From contig CM097885.1 of NCBI GenBank assembly GCA_044892525.1, positions 8,868,001-8,932,000 on the forward strand: DNA of 64,000 nucleotides. Direction: 5' to 3'. The first letter of the stretch is position 1. The number at the start of each line of letters is the position of its first letter. The stretch is from Schmidtea polychroa. Taxonomy: Eukaryota. The position numbers and the translations under genes are program-made. Below the pieces are notes generated by a model. It was not told the origin of the DNA. It saw only the letters and a list, made by a program, of their open reading frames with translations, and did no database searches. Shown piece by piece: positions 44,275-57,889 of the stretch.

Positions 44275-45340
44275 TCAGTCTCTGACTAAAAAATTAATAA
44301 CTTTTGTACCACTGATGATAAAAATTATTTCTATGGCTTAAAAGATAGATTTTCGACTGGCCTTCAAAATAATGTATAAATATTTAAATAATTTTGAAAA
44401 CTCAAAAAGTTCTGGGAAGTCAAAAGGTAGGTCACCGCTAGATCACTTAATAATATTTTTGAAAAATAATAATAATTTTAACCAAATTAGTGTCTGACTA
44501 AAAAATTAATAACTTTTGTACCACTGATGATAAAAATTATTTTAATGGCTCAAAAGATAGATTTTCGACTGGCCTTCAAAATAATGTATAAATATTTAAA
44601 TAATTTTGAAAACTCAAAAAGTTCTGGGAAGTCAAAAGGTAGGTCACCGCTAGATCACTTAATAATAATATGACCTTGAAAATAATAATATTTTGAAAAA
44701 TAATAATAATTTTAACCAAATTAGTGTCTGACTAAAAAATTAATAACTTTTGTACCACTAATGATAAAAATTATTTCTATGGCTTAAAAGATAGATTTTC
44801 GTCTGGCCTTCAAAATGATGTATAAATATTTAAATAATTTTGAAAATTGAAAAAGTTCTGGGAAGTCAAAAGGTAGGTCACCGCTAGATCACTTAATAAT
44901 ATTTTTGAAAAATAATAATAATTTTAACCAAATTAGTGTCTGACTAAAAAATTAATAACTTTTGTACCACTGATGATAAAAATTATTTCTATGGCTTAAA
45001 AGATAGATTTTCGTCTGGCCTTCAAAATGATGTATAAATATTTAAATAATTTTGAAAACTCAAAAGGTTCTGGGAAGTCAAAAGGTAGGTCACCGCTAGA
45101 TCACTTAATAATAATATGACCTTGAAAATAATAATATTTTGAAAAATAATAATAATTTTAACCAAATTAGTGTCTGACTAAAAAATTAATAACTTTTGCA
45201 CCACTAATGATAAAAATTATTTCTATGGCTTAAAAGATAGATTTTCGTCTGGCCTTCAAAATGATGTATAAATATTTAAATAATTTTGAAAACTCAAAAA
45301 GTTCTGGGAAGTCAAAAGGTAGGTCACCGCTAGATCACGA
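44275..45340. repeat. Mirror copy of the five-unit tandem array of C
   Basis: Five GGTCACCGCTAGATCAC-ending units; reverse complement of 29030-30095. Confidence 0.9.
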
Positions 45341-46035
45341 TAATTAAAACAAAAAAAAAAGTTCTTTGTTTCAATGACCTTGATGAGTCATTGTCTTTGT
45401 TAAAAATTTGACCTTGAAAAAAAAATCTTAAAAAAATTTTTCCTGCCGGGGGGGGGGGTGGGGGGGGGGGGGTAGGTGATCTAGCGGTGACCTGATCTAG
45501 CGGTGACCAATCCATCTACTTGAGATAATTTATGGCACACTCATTTGATAAATATACTGATGTAGTAAGTGTATAATATAACAGATTGCAATCCTATATA
45601 TTTAAGTGTGAATAAAAAATACGTACAATATGAACGTGGCCTGTTTTCAAAGCATTCTCCAGACGGAATTATGAAGTTTATATGTGAAACCGTCAAAGAT
45701 GTTTAATTAAGGTAAGTATATAGTAAAAGCTATATAAATAAAAAACTTTACATTATGATTTCTATCTGATTATATCCAAATATTAAAGACAAATTACTCT
45801 TAGGAAACTTTGTTTTTGAAAATTCATTTTTAATAGCAATTTTTGAGAGATTTTGATAGAAAAAAAATGTCAACGTTGGAGAGAAATGTACAAGAACTGC
45901 TATTTAATTAGTTAGGAACTCAAAGATTACGGAAACCAAATGTTAAATCTTCATTTTGAAAGATTTTGTCACAAATTCATTCTTGGAACAAATTTGAAAA
46001 GGTTTGGTAAATCTTAACAGCAATTTTATTTGCAG

Positions 46036-46176
46036 ATAAATAATAACATTATGGAGGAAAATTTCGTGGGTGCTGCCGAACTCATTGATGATGTTCAGTT
46101 TGCAACAATGGACAGCCGTTTATTCGATTCCTTATTCTCATATGCCGACAAAACAAAAGCTATTCTTATACGAAAA
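46036..46176 (+). CDS. PDI-family protein, exon 3 (b domain)
   Basis: TGCAG acceptor, phase 0, INNNIMEENFVGAAELIDDVQFATMD...AILIRK, donor GTGAGA. Resembles the PDI b domain. Confidence 0.8.
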
Positions 46177-46845
46177 GTGAGATTTCTAATTTAACAATTT
46201 TTTATTACACAAAACAATAAATTTTTATCTGTTATTACTTTTGACATATTTCTGTTTTAAATTTCTTGTCTAATATTATTGAATCTTTAATTATAATTTT
46301 ATGATAACTGAAAATAAAACCTGTTTGAAATAATATTATTGCATGTTGAATTTGGATGACTGATTATTATGTAATGTATGTCTGAATGTCAAAGGTGTAA
46401 TATTGTATTATTGGTGCATGTGTATATTTTGCTTAAGATACTTGCAATATAATTACTTCGCTATTTTCAATATATTCTCTTCATTTTCATTAAATTATAA
46501 ATCAATAAATTTAAAATACACAAATTTTCGACACAGCCTTTATCAAACAATAAAAATGTTTTAACCAATGAGTAATCAAAGCAGTTTAAATGATAATAAA
46601 TGCATTCAAATGAGTTTCAAATTTTTTGAATTTTGTCTCATAATTTACTTAAAATAATTAACAAGTGTTTTAAACAGTTAAACAGATCAAAGGTGAACAA
46701 AAAAATAAATAATTTTTTTTTGAAAGTTATATTATAAAATTAAATAAGAATATTGAAAAATTTTAAATAATGAATTTTAAATTATTTGTCAAAACATTTC
46801 ATATTTTTTCAAAGCAAAATTGACATATACAATACAGTGTACACG

Positions 46846-47073
46846 CATGGCCGGATATAAGACGATTGCGCCCAATTAGTCTCCGTGTTTCAAGGGTCCA
46901 CGCACTTTAAAATTTATGTTTATATTCAATAAAATGTTATTTTTATAATTGATTTTGTGTCAATAAATATATCAATAATTAAATTTTTAAATATTAATTA
47001 ATTTTTTTATGAAGTTTGAGAAGCCCCGCGAAAAAAACCAAGTCGGGCCTCGCACTTATTGGATCTGGTTTTG
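46846..47073. mobile_element. Degenerate hAT-like MITE in PDI intron 3
   Basis: CATGGCCGGAT... / ...ATCTGGTTTTG ends; imperfect 8-bp TSD TGTACACG / AATACACG. Confidence 0.5.
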
Positions 47074-47200
47074 AATACACGAGAGAGTCAATTTGAGGGA
47101 ATCCTAATTAAATTTACAATTAATAAATGAATTTACTTATTTGGATAGAATTTATTATTATTTATTTAAAGTTTTCATATTTTATTAAATAATATTTTAG

Positions 47201-47425
47201 ATCGACAACACTCTGGTTCCATTTGGAAATGGTGAAATGAACCAGGAAAGTCTAATAAAATTTGTCAGATCAAACGAAATTCCTTCCGTTGTGAAATATT
47301 CATTTGATATTGGAGGAAAGGTGTTTCCGAATTCACACAGATTTATGCACTTCATGGTCTTTATGACCCATAAATTTGAAGAAGCTCACAAAGAACTGGA
47401 GGAAGCAGCTAACAATCATCCTGAA
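47201..47425 (+). CDS. PDI-family protein, exon 4 (b/b' domains); later exons not found
   Basis: TTTTAG acceptor, IDNTLVPFGNGEMNQESLIKFVRSNEIPSVVKYSFDIGGKVF...LEEAANNHPE, donor GTATGA. Matches the PDI 'L..FI..N.LP.V..F' region. Confidence 0.82.
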
Positions 47426-47709
47426 GTATGACTTAATAAATTTTATTTTAAATGTTTAGAGATTTTTTCTTTCAAAGGTCTTCGCTTAAAAGACTTTACA
47501 GTTTGACGGAACGAGTTATATGGTTATGGTTTCATATTCGTATTTGGATTTTCATTCTTCTTTTACTTGTTAGAGCACACCAACCATTCTTCAGCACATC
47601 TTGGATTTTAAAAACTAGACTTTTGTAATATCCTACTGTTAAATTATTTGCTTTTTAAGCAAATGAAATCCCAATATATATACAAAATTATTAACCCAAA
47701 AATACGTAA

Positions 47710-47971
47710 GGGGCCGTTCATAAAGTACGTCATGCTCCAAAGGGAGGGTGCAAGAAAATGTGACGGTTTTGACAAGGGAAGGAGGGTATTCAGGCCATAT
47801 GTGCTTCACATATTTAATTTTTTTTATTTTTTTTCTAATTTATTTTTTTCGAAATTGTGACGTATTTTAGGAGAGGGGTTCGAGATTTATGACAGTTTTT
47901 AACATGGGGAGGGAAGGAGTGTGTTATTAATATATAAATACGAAACTTGATGAGTGACGATATGGTCATTT
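47710..47971. mobile_element. Probable Harbinger-type MITE running into the gap
   Basis: TAA followed by GGGGCCGTTCATAAAGTACGTCA. Right end not visible. Confidence 0.4.
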
Positions 47972-48211
47972 NNNNNNNNNNNNNNNNNNNNNNNNNNNNN
48001 NNNNNNNNNNNNNNNNNNNNNNNNNNNNNNNNNNNNNNNNNNNNNNNNNNNNNNNNNNNNNNNNNNNNNNNNNNNNNNNNNNNNNNNNNNNNNNNNNNNN
48101 NNNNNNNNNNNNNNNNNNNNNNNNNNNNNNNNNNNNNNNNNNNNNNNNNNNNNNNNNNNNNNNNNNNNNNNNNNNNNNNNNNNNNNNNNNNNNNNNNNNN
48201 NNNNNNNNNNN
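47972..48211. other. Assembly gap (N run)
   Basis: 240 N characters. Confidence 1.
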
Positions 48212-48492
48212 GCATCTTTAAACAGAGTATGAAACAGGAAATTGTTCGGTATTACATCTGCATTGGCATCCAAAACTTTTCTATCTTTATCTACAACCTT
48301 GATCTGAACAGTCAATAAAGTATCGTTCAAATCTAAATATTCAGTTTGCGAACCAGTAATATAAAACTCTTTATCATTTCTACTATCGGTAATTGAATTC
48401 ATAAGAAAAACTTCCTCAAAAGCCCCAAATTCTATTACAGCCTGGGGCGATGGTCTATCAAATATACATAATTCAGATTTACCACAAATCAT
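48212..48492 (-). CDS. Polinton major capsid protein (double jelly-roll), N-terminal part cut by the gap
   Basis: CGKSELCIFDRPSPQAVIE...EFYITGSQTEYLDLNDTLLTVQIKV matches the conserved KSELxLF...EF.I.G...YLDL start of Polinton MCPs. Confidence 0.85.
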
Positions 48493-48857
48493 TTTGAAAT
48501 ATTAGTTCCATGTCCTTTCATTCGTTTGTTTATACGTGATATTCCATGTCTTTTACGTTTTGGAGCTGGGGCTGGGGATGGAGGCGTATCTTTTTGAAAC
48601 ATACCTGCAACCCCGGGTAGAACCTTCCCTAACTCAGCTAAAGCATTTGTTTTTAGGGATTGTAATATTTTCTGTTCATTCATAATCACGTCTTTAGTAG
48701 TTTTCATGCCAAAACTACCAATACGTTTAAGAATAGGAAGTGCAAATCTCCCTATTGTTTTTAACCAACCTGATCCGTACTGTTTACCAACGAAGTATGG
48801 TAATTCACCGCCAGATTGGCTATCACTATACATACTAATAATATCGGAATTAGCCAT
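48489..48857 (-). CDS. Polinton virion core/membrane-active protein precursor with putative protease sites
   Basis: QSGG and QYGSG motifs, amphipathic GWLKTIGRFALPILKRIG and a basic C-terminus. Lies between the minor and major capsid genes. Confidence 0.7.
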   Translation of the reverse strand: MANSDIISMYSDSQSGGELPYFVGKQYGSGWLKTIGRFALPILKRIGSFGMKTTKDVIMNEQKILQSLKTNALAELGKVLPGVAGMFQKDTPPSPAPAPKRKRHGISRINKRMKGHGTNISK

Positions 48858-49893
48858 CTACTTTACGAAAATGTAATGTCAAATGAGTTTTTGAACCTTT
48901 TGGAAAGTTTATAAGTTTTCCACTATCATCACGAATATTTATTTCTATATTGTTTATACATGAACTTGCTATTGGTAAATACATGGGATTATCGATATTT
49001 ATATTGAAAACTTCATCATGTTCATATCTACCAATCCATACCGATTTCAAAAAAGGAACACTGGAATCACCAACAGTTATGGGTTCGATAATGTTAGTAT
49101 ATATGAACATTTGTTGATGATGTTCTAGTATTATTGGTTTGCGTATACCAGTCGATTTTTCTCGATATTTTTGCCTATCTAATCCAAGTGAATTTGCCAA
49201 ATTTTTATCAAATGTAACTTCGCAAATATCATCATTCAAACTGAAGGTAAACATTAAATCTTTCACAATTTCCAAATTTTTAAATATGTGTGAACAATTG
49301 AACTTTAAATATTTAAGTAAATCATCAAGTTTATCAAAATATAATTCATCAGCAAAGGTAAATGATTCTTCAACTTCATTATTATACGACACAGATATTT
49401 TGATTTCTTCTTTCACTATACTGTTTGCTTCAAATAGATTAAAACGTAATAAATACTCGGTCTCCGTAACAATATTTTTCAACTTATTGCAACCCATTCG
49501 TTTGGCATCTTCAATAGTTTCGAATGTTATTGCAAATGGTTTAAAATCACAACTGATATTTAATCCATCCTTGTAAAACATATAGCAATGAGAATCTAAT
49601 ATTTGATTCGGAATATGATATGTTTTATCATAATTACTGATAACAAAGATACCGCTACATGTTTTCACAATATTCCTTTTGAAATCAATCTTACATTGAC
49701 TCTAAAATGGGAATGTGTTGTACACGAATGTAAAATCTTGCAGTGCAACTTCCCAGTCCCCATTTAAAGAAATCGGATTCTGGAGGTTGACCATGAATTT
49801 GCTGGCTTGATTATCTGGATGAATTAATGGACAACTATTGCTCGGCAAAATAGTATAAAAATTCACTTTATTAGGTCTTTTGCTGATATCCAT
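48850..49893 (-). pseudogene. Polinton minor capsid (penton) protein with one in-frame stop
   Basis: FYTILPSNS...F.VNLQNPISLNGDWEVAL N-terminus and FIYTNIIEP..VGDS.VP.L...P.YLP...I..IEINIRD..G..I.F...T.LTLHFRK C-terminus. TAG at 49702-49704 separates two in-frame ORFs. Confidence 0.88.
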
Positions 49894-50492
49894 GACGGGT
49901 TTTGATAACCATGCCATTTGACATAGTATTGTTTATCCTTGCCGACCTTTTTAGTTAACAATATATTTTTTGAATTCTAAATACTTTTGGGGGAGGAATG
50001 ACTTGTAATTCCTGCTCATAAAATTTCCCTTGTACAATATTATTATCATTATCTTTGATGACATACATTACAGGATTCTGTTTAGTATTTATTTTTGAAA
50101 TTACAAAGACTTCATCACTCCAATTTGTATCAAAATTTTTAATAAATGGTGATGCACTAATTTTACTAATTCTAACATGGTAACCGACTTTATATTTAGG
50201 TTTTGCAATTTTTACAGATTTTTTAGAAGTCAATGATGTTTTTGATGTAATATCAACCGGTCTCAATCCATTCAGTCCTCGATGTGATGAATGATTATAA
50301 CTTGTTAATATTTTCGGTAAAACATTTACCCATTTTTTATTACCTTGATGCACGAACAATTTCTTTAATCTATCTCTCAATGTTCGATTTAATCTTTCAA
50401 CATGGGCAGCTTTTATTGAGAATGTACCGAGTAGTGATTTATTTTCAGTTTATCGAGGATTTGCTTAACTTTGCTATTGTAGAACTCTTTAC
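49863..50492 (-). pseudogene. Polinton retroviral-type integrase, 3' exon (catalytic E region, chromodomain-like tail), frameshifted
   Basis: TTTTAG acceptor, then (G)KEFYN...KAAHVERLNRTLRDRL...SYNHSSHR...YKVGYHVRIS...NWSDEVF...GKFYEQELQ...YYVKWHGY...SWI. Frameshifts near 50418 and 49955. Confidence 0.88.
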
Positions 50493-50984
50493 CTAAAATA
50501 ATAATAAGTAATAAATTTAATAAATCAATATGTGTTTGTCCGAATACAGCCAAGTTGATGGATATTTTATATATTCTCGACAAACCAAAATGGTCAAAGC
50601 ATCCAGGAAAAGGAATATCTCAAAGATTGGAGAATTTAGAAAACAGCTATGAACTATCATTTGTATATATACAAAATATAAAAATTAAATTGATTGATCA
50701 TATTGAAGTTTTCAATAACTCTATTATTGAAAATAAAAAGAATATGAAAATTATTGATAAGAAGCATGATTATTTGTTAAAATAGATTGAATTATTATTA
50801 AGCGAAATTCAAGCAATCAAAGGATCAATAGAATATCTGAAAAGCAATTCAACATTACCAATTTCAAACAATATTGCTGCAAATACTAGTACATCAATAT
50901 TTAGTTTACCTTTGTTAATTTTAAATTATTTAATTGTTTAAATAAATGTATGTTTTTGTTGATTTGTTGATTTGCGAGTTGTTG

Positions 50985-51069
50985 AATGTGAGCAGTACCC
51001 ATAGGGGGACAAAATATTTTGTCGGATCGACTAGGAGTATATATAATAATAATAATAATATACTTTGAA

Positions 51070-51134
<65 letters not shown>

Positions 51135-51630
51135 TAATAATAAAAATAATAATAATAATAATACTTATAATAATAATATTTTTACTTTATTAAAACAAAT
51201 TAAGAAAACATTTGCGCACACGGATTCCCCTTTGAATTACCTTTAAAATGACCCCTTGATCAATAAAATCCAAGCAAAGGTACTCTCAAAATATTAATTT
51301 TAAGAAAATACGCACACGCAATCTTTAATTAAATTATATAGCCGCCATCTTGAAAAATATGACCTTGACCTTTGAAAGTATGACCATGATACTTTCATCT
51401 CAAACACTTTTATAATAATGTCTGAAAAATTCGAAGGTTTTTACCCTTTGAAGGTTATTGACCAACCATTCACCTTCGAGGGTATGACCATTAGATAGAC
51501 CTCTCAAATACCTTTCGAATGATACCCTTTGGTGAAGGTTTGACTTTAAAAATATGACCTTGACCTTAAAAAATATGACCTTGACCTTAAATATATGACC
51601 TTGGCCCTAAAAATATGCCCTTGGTGAGTT
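50985..51630. mobile_element. Polinton subterminal/TIR fragment of the same family as 7790-8692
   Basis: Palindrome module at 51008-51023, (AAT)n, then sequence closely matching 7890-8500. The terminus is missing. Confidence 0.75.
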
Positions 51631-52340
51631 GTGTTAAAGAATTTCTATTCTTAGAAAGATTCTCCATATTATAAGAAAAAATTTTCAAGATTACTAACTT
51701 CATAGTCGAAAATATTTTGCAAAAGACTGAAACTTTGACTTTTCGAATATTTGTTCATAAATGATTTTTTGCTATAATGAATTTTTCGAATCTGATATTG
51801 AAATTGACAATTTTGACAAATAAAATTTTTTGCTGATTCATTAAATACAATTTTTATGTCCTTTTCGACTTAAAAAATGCAATTTATTTATTATTCTTAG
51901 ATTTGTATTGTTTAAATATTCATCATATATTAAATTCTATGTGAAATCTTTTAAATAAAGATGAAGAAATAAAATTATATTTAAATGTAATCAATAATAA
52001 ATAACAATTTTTGTATATGAAATAATTGATATAATATTAATAAAATCATAGCTAAACTAGACCCTTCTAAAAGACAGATTAAACCTGTTGATAAAGATGC
52101 ATTTCAATTATTTGATGATATAGAATCATGATCAGATGAAGATTTTGTTTTTGGATCTGATGATTTTTCTGATGGTAAAATACTTATTATTGGTTTATCC
52201 AATTGGTATTATTGGACGTATTGGTGGACCAAGAAATTAAAGAAAGTGAAGACGAGGAAGAAAACGACAATTCTACCACAGAATTAAATAACTAAGATGG
52301 AACTTCTGATACAAATATATCTAGTAAAATTGAAGAAAAT

Positions 52341-52600
52341 ATGAAGAAAAGAGAAAGTGAAATGAAGGGTAGTAAGGGATGTATGAAAGCGAATGGGGTC
52401 ACATTGAAAGATACTGAACTTACTCATCGGTCGTATCTGAATTGTTATAATAATAATGAGATTTATACGGTACTCCAATTTAGAATAACAAGTAAAAACA
52501 ATCAAATTTTTAGTATTAAAAATAATAAGAGGCCTAATGTTGATGATAAGCGCAATTGGGTATTTAAAAATAAAAGTTATGTGTATGGTCATATTATAGG
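52341..52600 (+). pseudogene. Third pPolB C-terminal remnant
   Basis: KANGVTLKDTELTHRSYLNCYNN...RITSKNNQIF...DDKR.WV...SY.YGH aligns with the ends of the other two pPolB copies. Confidence 0.8.
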
Positions 52601-53039
52601 GGATGGTATGGTTATAGCTGATGATTCTGGTGAAGAAATGTTGCTACCTATAGTTGATCGAGATGAAGATTTGTTATATCATCCTCATTTTCCGGTTGTC
52701 AATTATTAAAATTTATGATATAACAAATTTGTTTTTACTCTATTTTTAAACGTTACAAAATTTTTATTTCGTTAGTGTTACTTGTGATAGTACACTATTT
52801 TTAATATCACTAATTATTTTAGTACACATTTTTGCAATACATCTGCAACACATCTGAAAACTATGAATGACTCACATACAAAGGTCAATTATTCACACAC
52901 GCAATATACATGCAGTAATTTGATTAGTTATACACAAGTATAAAATAGAAGTGAATTGGCATGATAGTCTTTATTTTTAAAATGCAATCCTAGAAGAACG
53001 CTTTTGGTGAGAAAACATTTTCTAATTTATTGAAAAAAA

Positions 53040-53260
53040 CAAGTCCAATTAAGAACATAACTGAGACGAAGCCTGTCAAGAATGATGTGAAACCAGTACA
53101 AATGTATCATAACCATAAGATATATTTCTTGGTAGATGAAATTCCATATAAATTCTCAAATACAGTCAAATTTATCAAGAAGCAAAATATTCAAATTTCA
53201 TAGCTCATATAACAAAAGAAGATGTTGCTGTAAATATAGTGTTGGGGAAAATCAATAAGA
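53040..53260 (+). pseudogene. Decayed homolog of ORF 59854-60264
   Basis: VKPVQMYHNHKIYFLVDEI versus VQPVQMFHNYKMYFLKEEI; TATAAAA upstream at ~52939. Confidence 0.65.
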
Positions 53261-53895
53261 ATCAATAAGTTGCAATAGAAATAAATCCCCAACAATCGAA
53301 ATTCCCGTTTTAATAATTTTAATTTGCACTTTCTAATTAAAAACTATTTTCAATTAAATTTCTCAACAATAGTAGGTGGTTTGGGCACCGGGAAAACAGG
53401 ACTCCGGGAGCACAGTACCCCCCCCCCCCCCCCGGGGGAAAAAATTAAAAAAAATTTTTTTTTCAAGGTCAACTTGAGAACAAAGACAATGAGTCATCCG
53501 ATGACTCATCACTCGTCTAGAACAAAGACAATGACTCATCCGATGACTCATAAAAAATTATTATTATTTTTCAAAAATATTATTATCTGTGCTCGCGGAG
53601 TTCTACTTTTCGTCAGCCCAAAACTTAGTCTAAATCTCAAAATATTTTAACAATTTATAGTTCATTTTGAAGACCAGACGAAGACAAATCTTTTGAGCCA
53701 TATAAATAATTTTTATCATTAGTAGTATAAAAGTTATTAATTTTTTAGTCAGACACTAATTTATAGCAAATTTATAGCAAATTTTATGAAGAAATTTGCG
53801 GGTGATTTATCATTCACCCAATCAGGTAAGACTTTAATTTTATGAAGAAATTTGCGGGTGATTTATCATTCACCCAATCAGGTAAGACTTAAATG

Positions 53896-53942
<47 letters not shown>

Positions 53943-53967
53943 AAAGTTTTAACAAGTTTTAACAAAG

Positions 53968-54057
<90 letters not shown>

Positions 54058-54858
54058 CTGTTGTTATTGACTTTGAGAATAACTGACAATATACAAAGAA
54101 ATTAAAAAAATAAGAATAAATTAAAAAGTAATAATTAGAATAATATAGAAAAAAATTTTAAAAAATAGGGTTTGAAAATCAAAATTGACACATTTATTGA
54201 AATATTTAAATAGCATATATAAGTAGTTATTGGAGGCTTTATTTAAAATATTTTCAAATATTTTATTAGGCTTCTAGAAGCTAATTATAGAAGCTGTAAA
54301 AAATTTAAAAATTTTAGTTTGTGTCATTTTGAAATTTTAAATGTAAAAATTATAAAAAAATTTTAAAAGTTTTTAGTAAAACAATTCATTATATTTACAA
54401 CCAATGAGAATTAAGAGAAAGGAAATAAAAGAAAGATTGAAGGGTATTTTGAAGAAGAACATTGCTAAATTCCAGGAGATTGACAAGGACTATCGTATAG
54501 TCGAAAATTCTTTCATTAAATACATTATTTGCAGCAAAAGGCTTAAATTATCATTTTATTGTTATTATTATTATAAGAGAGATGTAGTTGCATGCTGACT
54601 GCAAACTACTGTTACAAATTATTTTCTCGTATACCAAATATAAAAATGAAAACATTACAAGTTTTCAAAAATAATAATTTTTACCAATAATATCATTTTA
54701 TGCTGAAACATTTTCGATAAATTTATATGAAAATATAATGTTTAAACATAGAAAGAATTGTGAAAACTATAACGAGTTTTCAATAAAATATATACATTAT
54801 AAAAGAATACAAATCAATAAAAACATTTTTTTTTTAAAAGATATATTAATATATCACA

Positions 54859-56889
<2,031 letters not shown>

Positions 56890-57274
56890 CTAAATCTGTT
56901 TGCAAGTTATTAGGATGTCCATCTTTAAATAAAATATTAATTGCCTTGGACATTTCTTCTGCAGATTTTGCCTTGACTGGTATTGCTCGTGCAAACCTGC
57001 TGTATACATTAATACATGTTAAAATATATTTATTCCCATTGTTAATTTTCGAATAAGGTATCATCATCAAATCCATTTGCCATAAATCGTCAATACCAAA
57101 TGTTTTATACGCTCTTGTTGGAAATCTTTTCCGCATTGGTTTGTTCAAACTGTACGCAAGCTGATCTGATAACCACTTCTGGGTTTCTTTTTTCGAATTC
57201 GGAACTCTTTTCTTTAATTTTGCCACTCCACCGAAACCGGCTTCGTCTTCTGGGTTCTTCCAAATCTTCTCCAT
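56890..57274 (-). CDS. Polinton integrase, 5' exon only
   Basis: MEKIWKNP...GFGG...WLSDQLAYSLNKP...LWQMDL...KYILTCINVYSRFARAIPVK...LQTDL(G). Donor G|GTATT at 56889 is followed by (TAT)n. Confidence 0.9.
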
Positions 57275-57332
57275 TACAACAAGAAGATTTAAAATTAAAT
57301 TTAATGTCGGGCAATGAAGGATTAGCACCCAT
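57105..57332 (-). CDS. Putative myristoylated small protein overlapping the integrase 5' end
   Basis: MGANPS fits MGxxxS, followed by CC and an RRRSRFR patch. The ATG lies 3 nt after the stop of the preceding gene. Confidence 0.5.
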   Translation of the reverse strand: MGANPSLPDIKFNFKSSCCNGEDLEEPRRRSRFRWSGKIKEKSSEFEKRNPEVVIRSACVQFEQTNAEKISNKSV

Positions 57333-57335
57333 TGT

Positions 57336-57602
57336 TTATGACTGTGTAACTCCACCTAATAATGATAATGCCAGAGGTATCAATGCACCAATAAATCCAC
57401 CTTGTTGTTTATATATAATTTTCCTCATTTGCTTACGATTTTTATTATTTACTAATGATAACAAAGGTTTCCTATGTTTGCTCAATAAATGCTTTTTTGA
57501 TTTACTGATTTTAATTTTGCCTTTGACTACTTTAAGTATAATATTGAGTAAATCATCGACAACAAAATTTGGGAATGATTGCAATATATTCATTCTTTTC
57601 AT
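57336..57602 (-). CDS. Adenovirus pX-like core protein precursor
   Basis: Basic body, then QQGG-FIGALIPLALSLLGG, resembling the adenoviral pX cleavage site and hydrophobic tail. ATGA overlap with the upstream ORF. Confidence 0.75.
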   Translation of the reverse strand: MKRMNILQSFPNFVVDDLLNIILKVVKGKIKISKSKKHLLSKHRKPLLSLVNNKNRKQMRKIIYKQQGGFIGALIPLALSLLGGVTQS

Positions 57603-57871
57603 ACTCGGGCCTTTAACAATGCATTAAAAAATGGAAAACTGCGATGATTTTTAACTACTTTTTTACCGGTTTTACGGGTTTTACGGGTTTGACGTTTAGG
57701 TTTAGGATTTTTCGAAATAAGATTCATTGCAGAGAAATTTTCAGTTACAAGTTTTTTAGATGGTGTATAACTAGTTGTTGGTGGAACTTTTGGAACTTTT
57801 GGAACTTTAATACTCTTTCTAATACTTTTTCTTAATTTCCTAATATTTTTCACCCTTGCTTTTAGAAACAT
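57599..57871 (-). CDS. Lys/Arg-rich basic protein, putative DNA-condensing core protein
   Basis: Very basic 90 aa with PKV and TRK repeats; tightly packed between the ATPase and the pX-like gene. Confidence 0.6.
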   Translation of the reverse strand: MFLKARVKNIRKLRKSIRKSIKVPKVPKVPPTTSYTPSKKLVTENFSAMNLISKNPKPKRQTRKTRKTGKKVVKNHRSFPFFNALLKARV

Positions 57872-57889
57872 TATTATTCATAGAGGTTT

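Noticed and set aside
47835..48318. ORFs spanning the N run
   Set aside because: Gap artefacts; only the MCP part 48212-48492 is supported.
49139..49576. Antisense ORFs (also 55385-55585, 57100-57627, 58633-59016)
   Set aside because: Shadows of real genes on the opposite strand.
50555..50785. 76-aa ORF next to the integrase 3' exon
   Set aside because: No motif, non-ATG start call and apparent decay.
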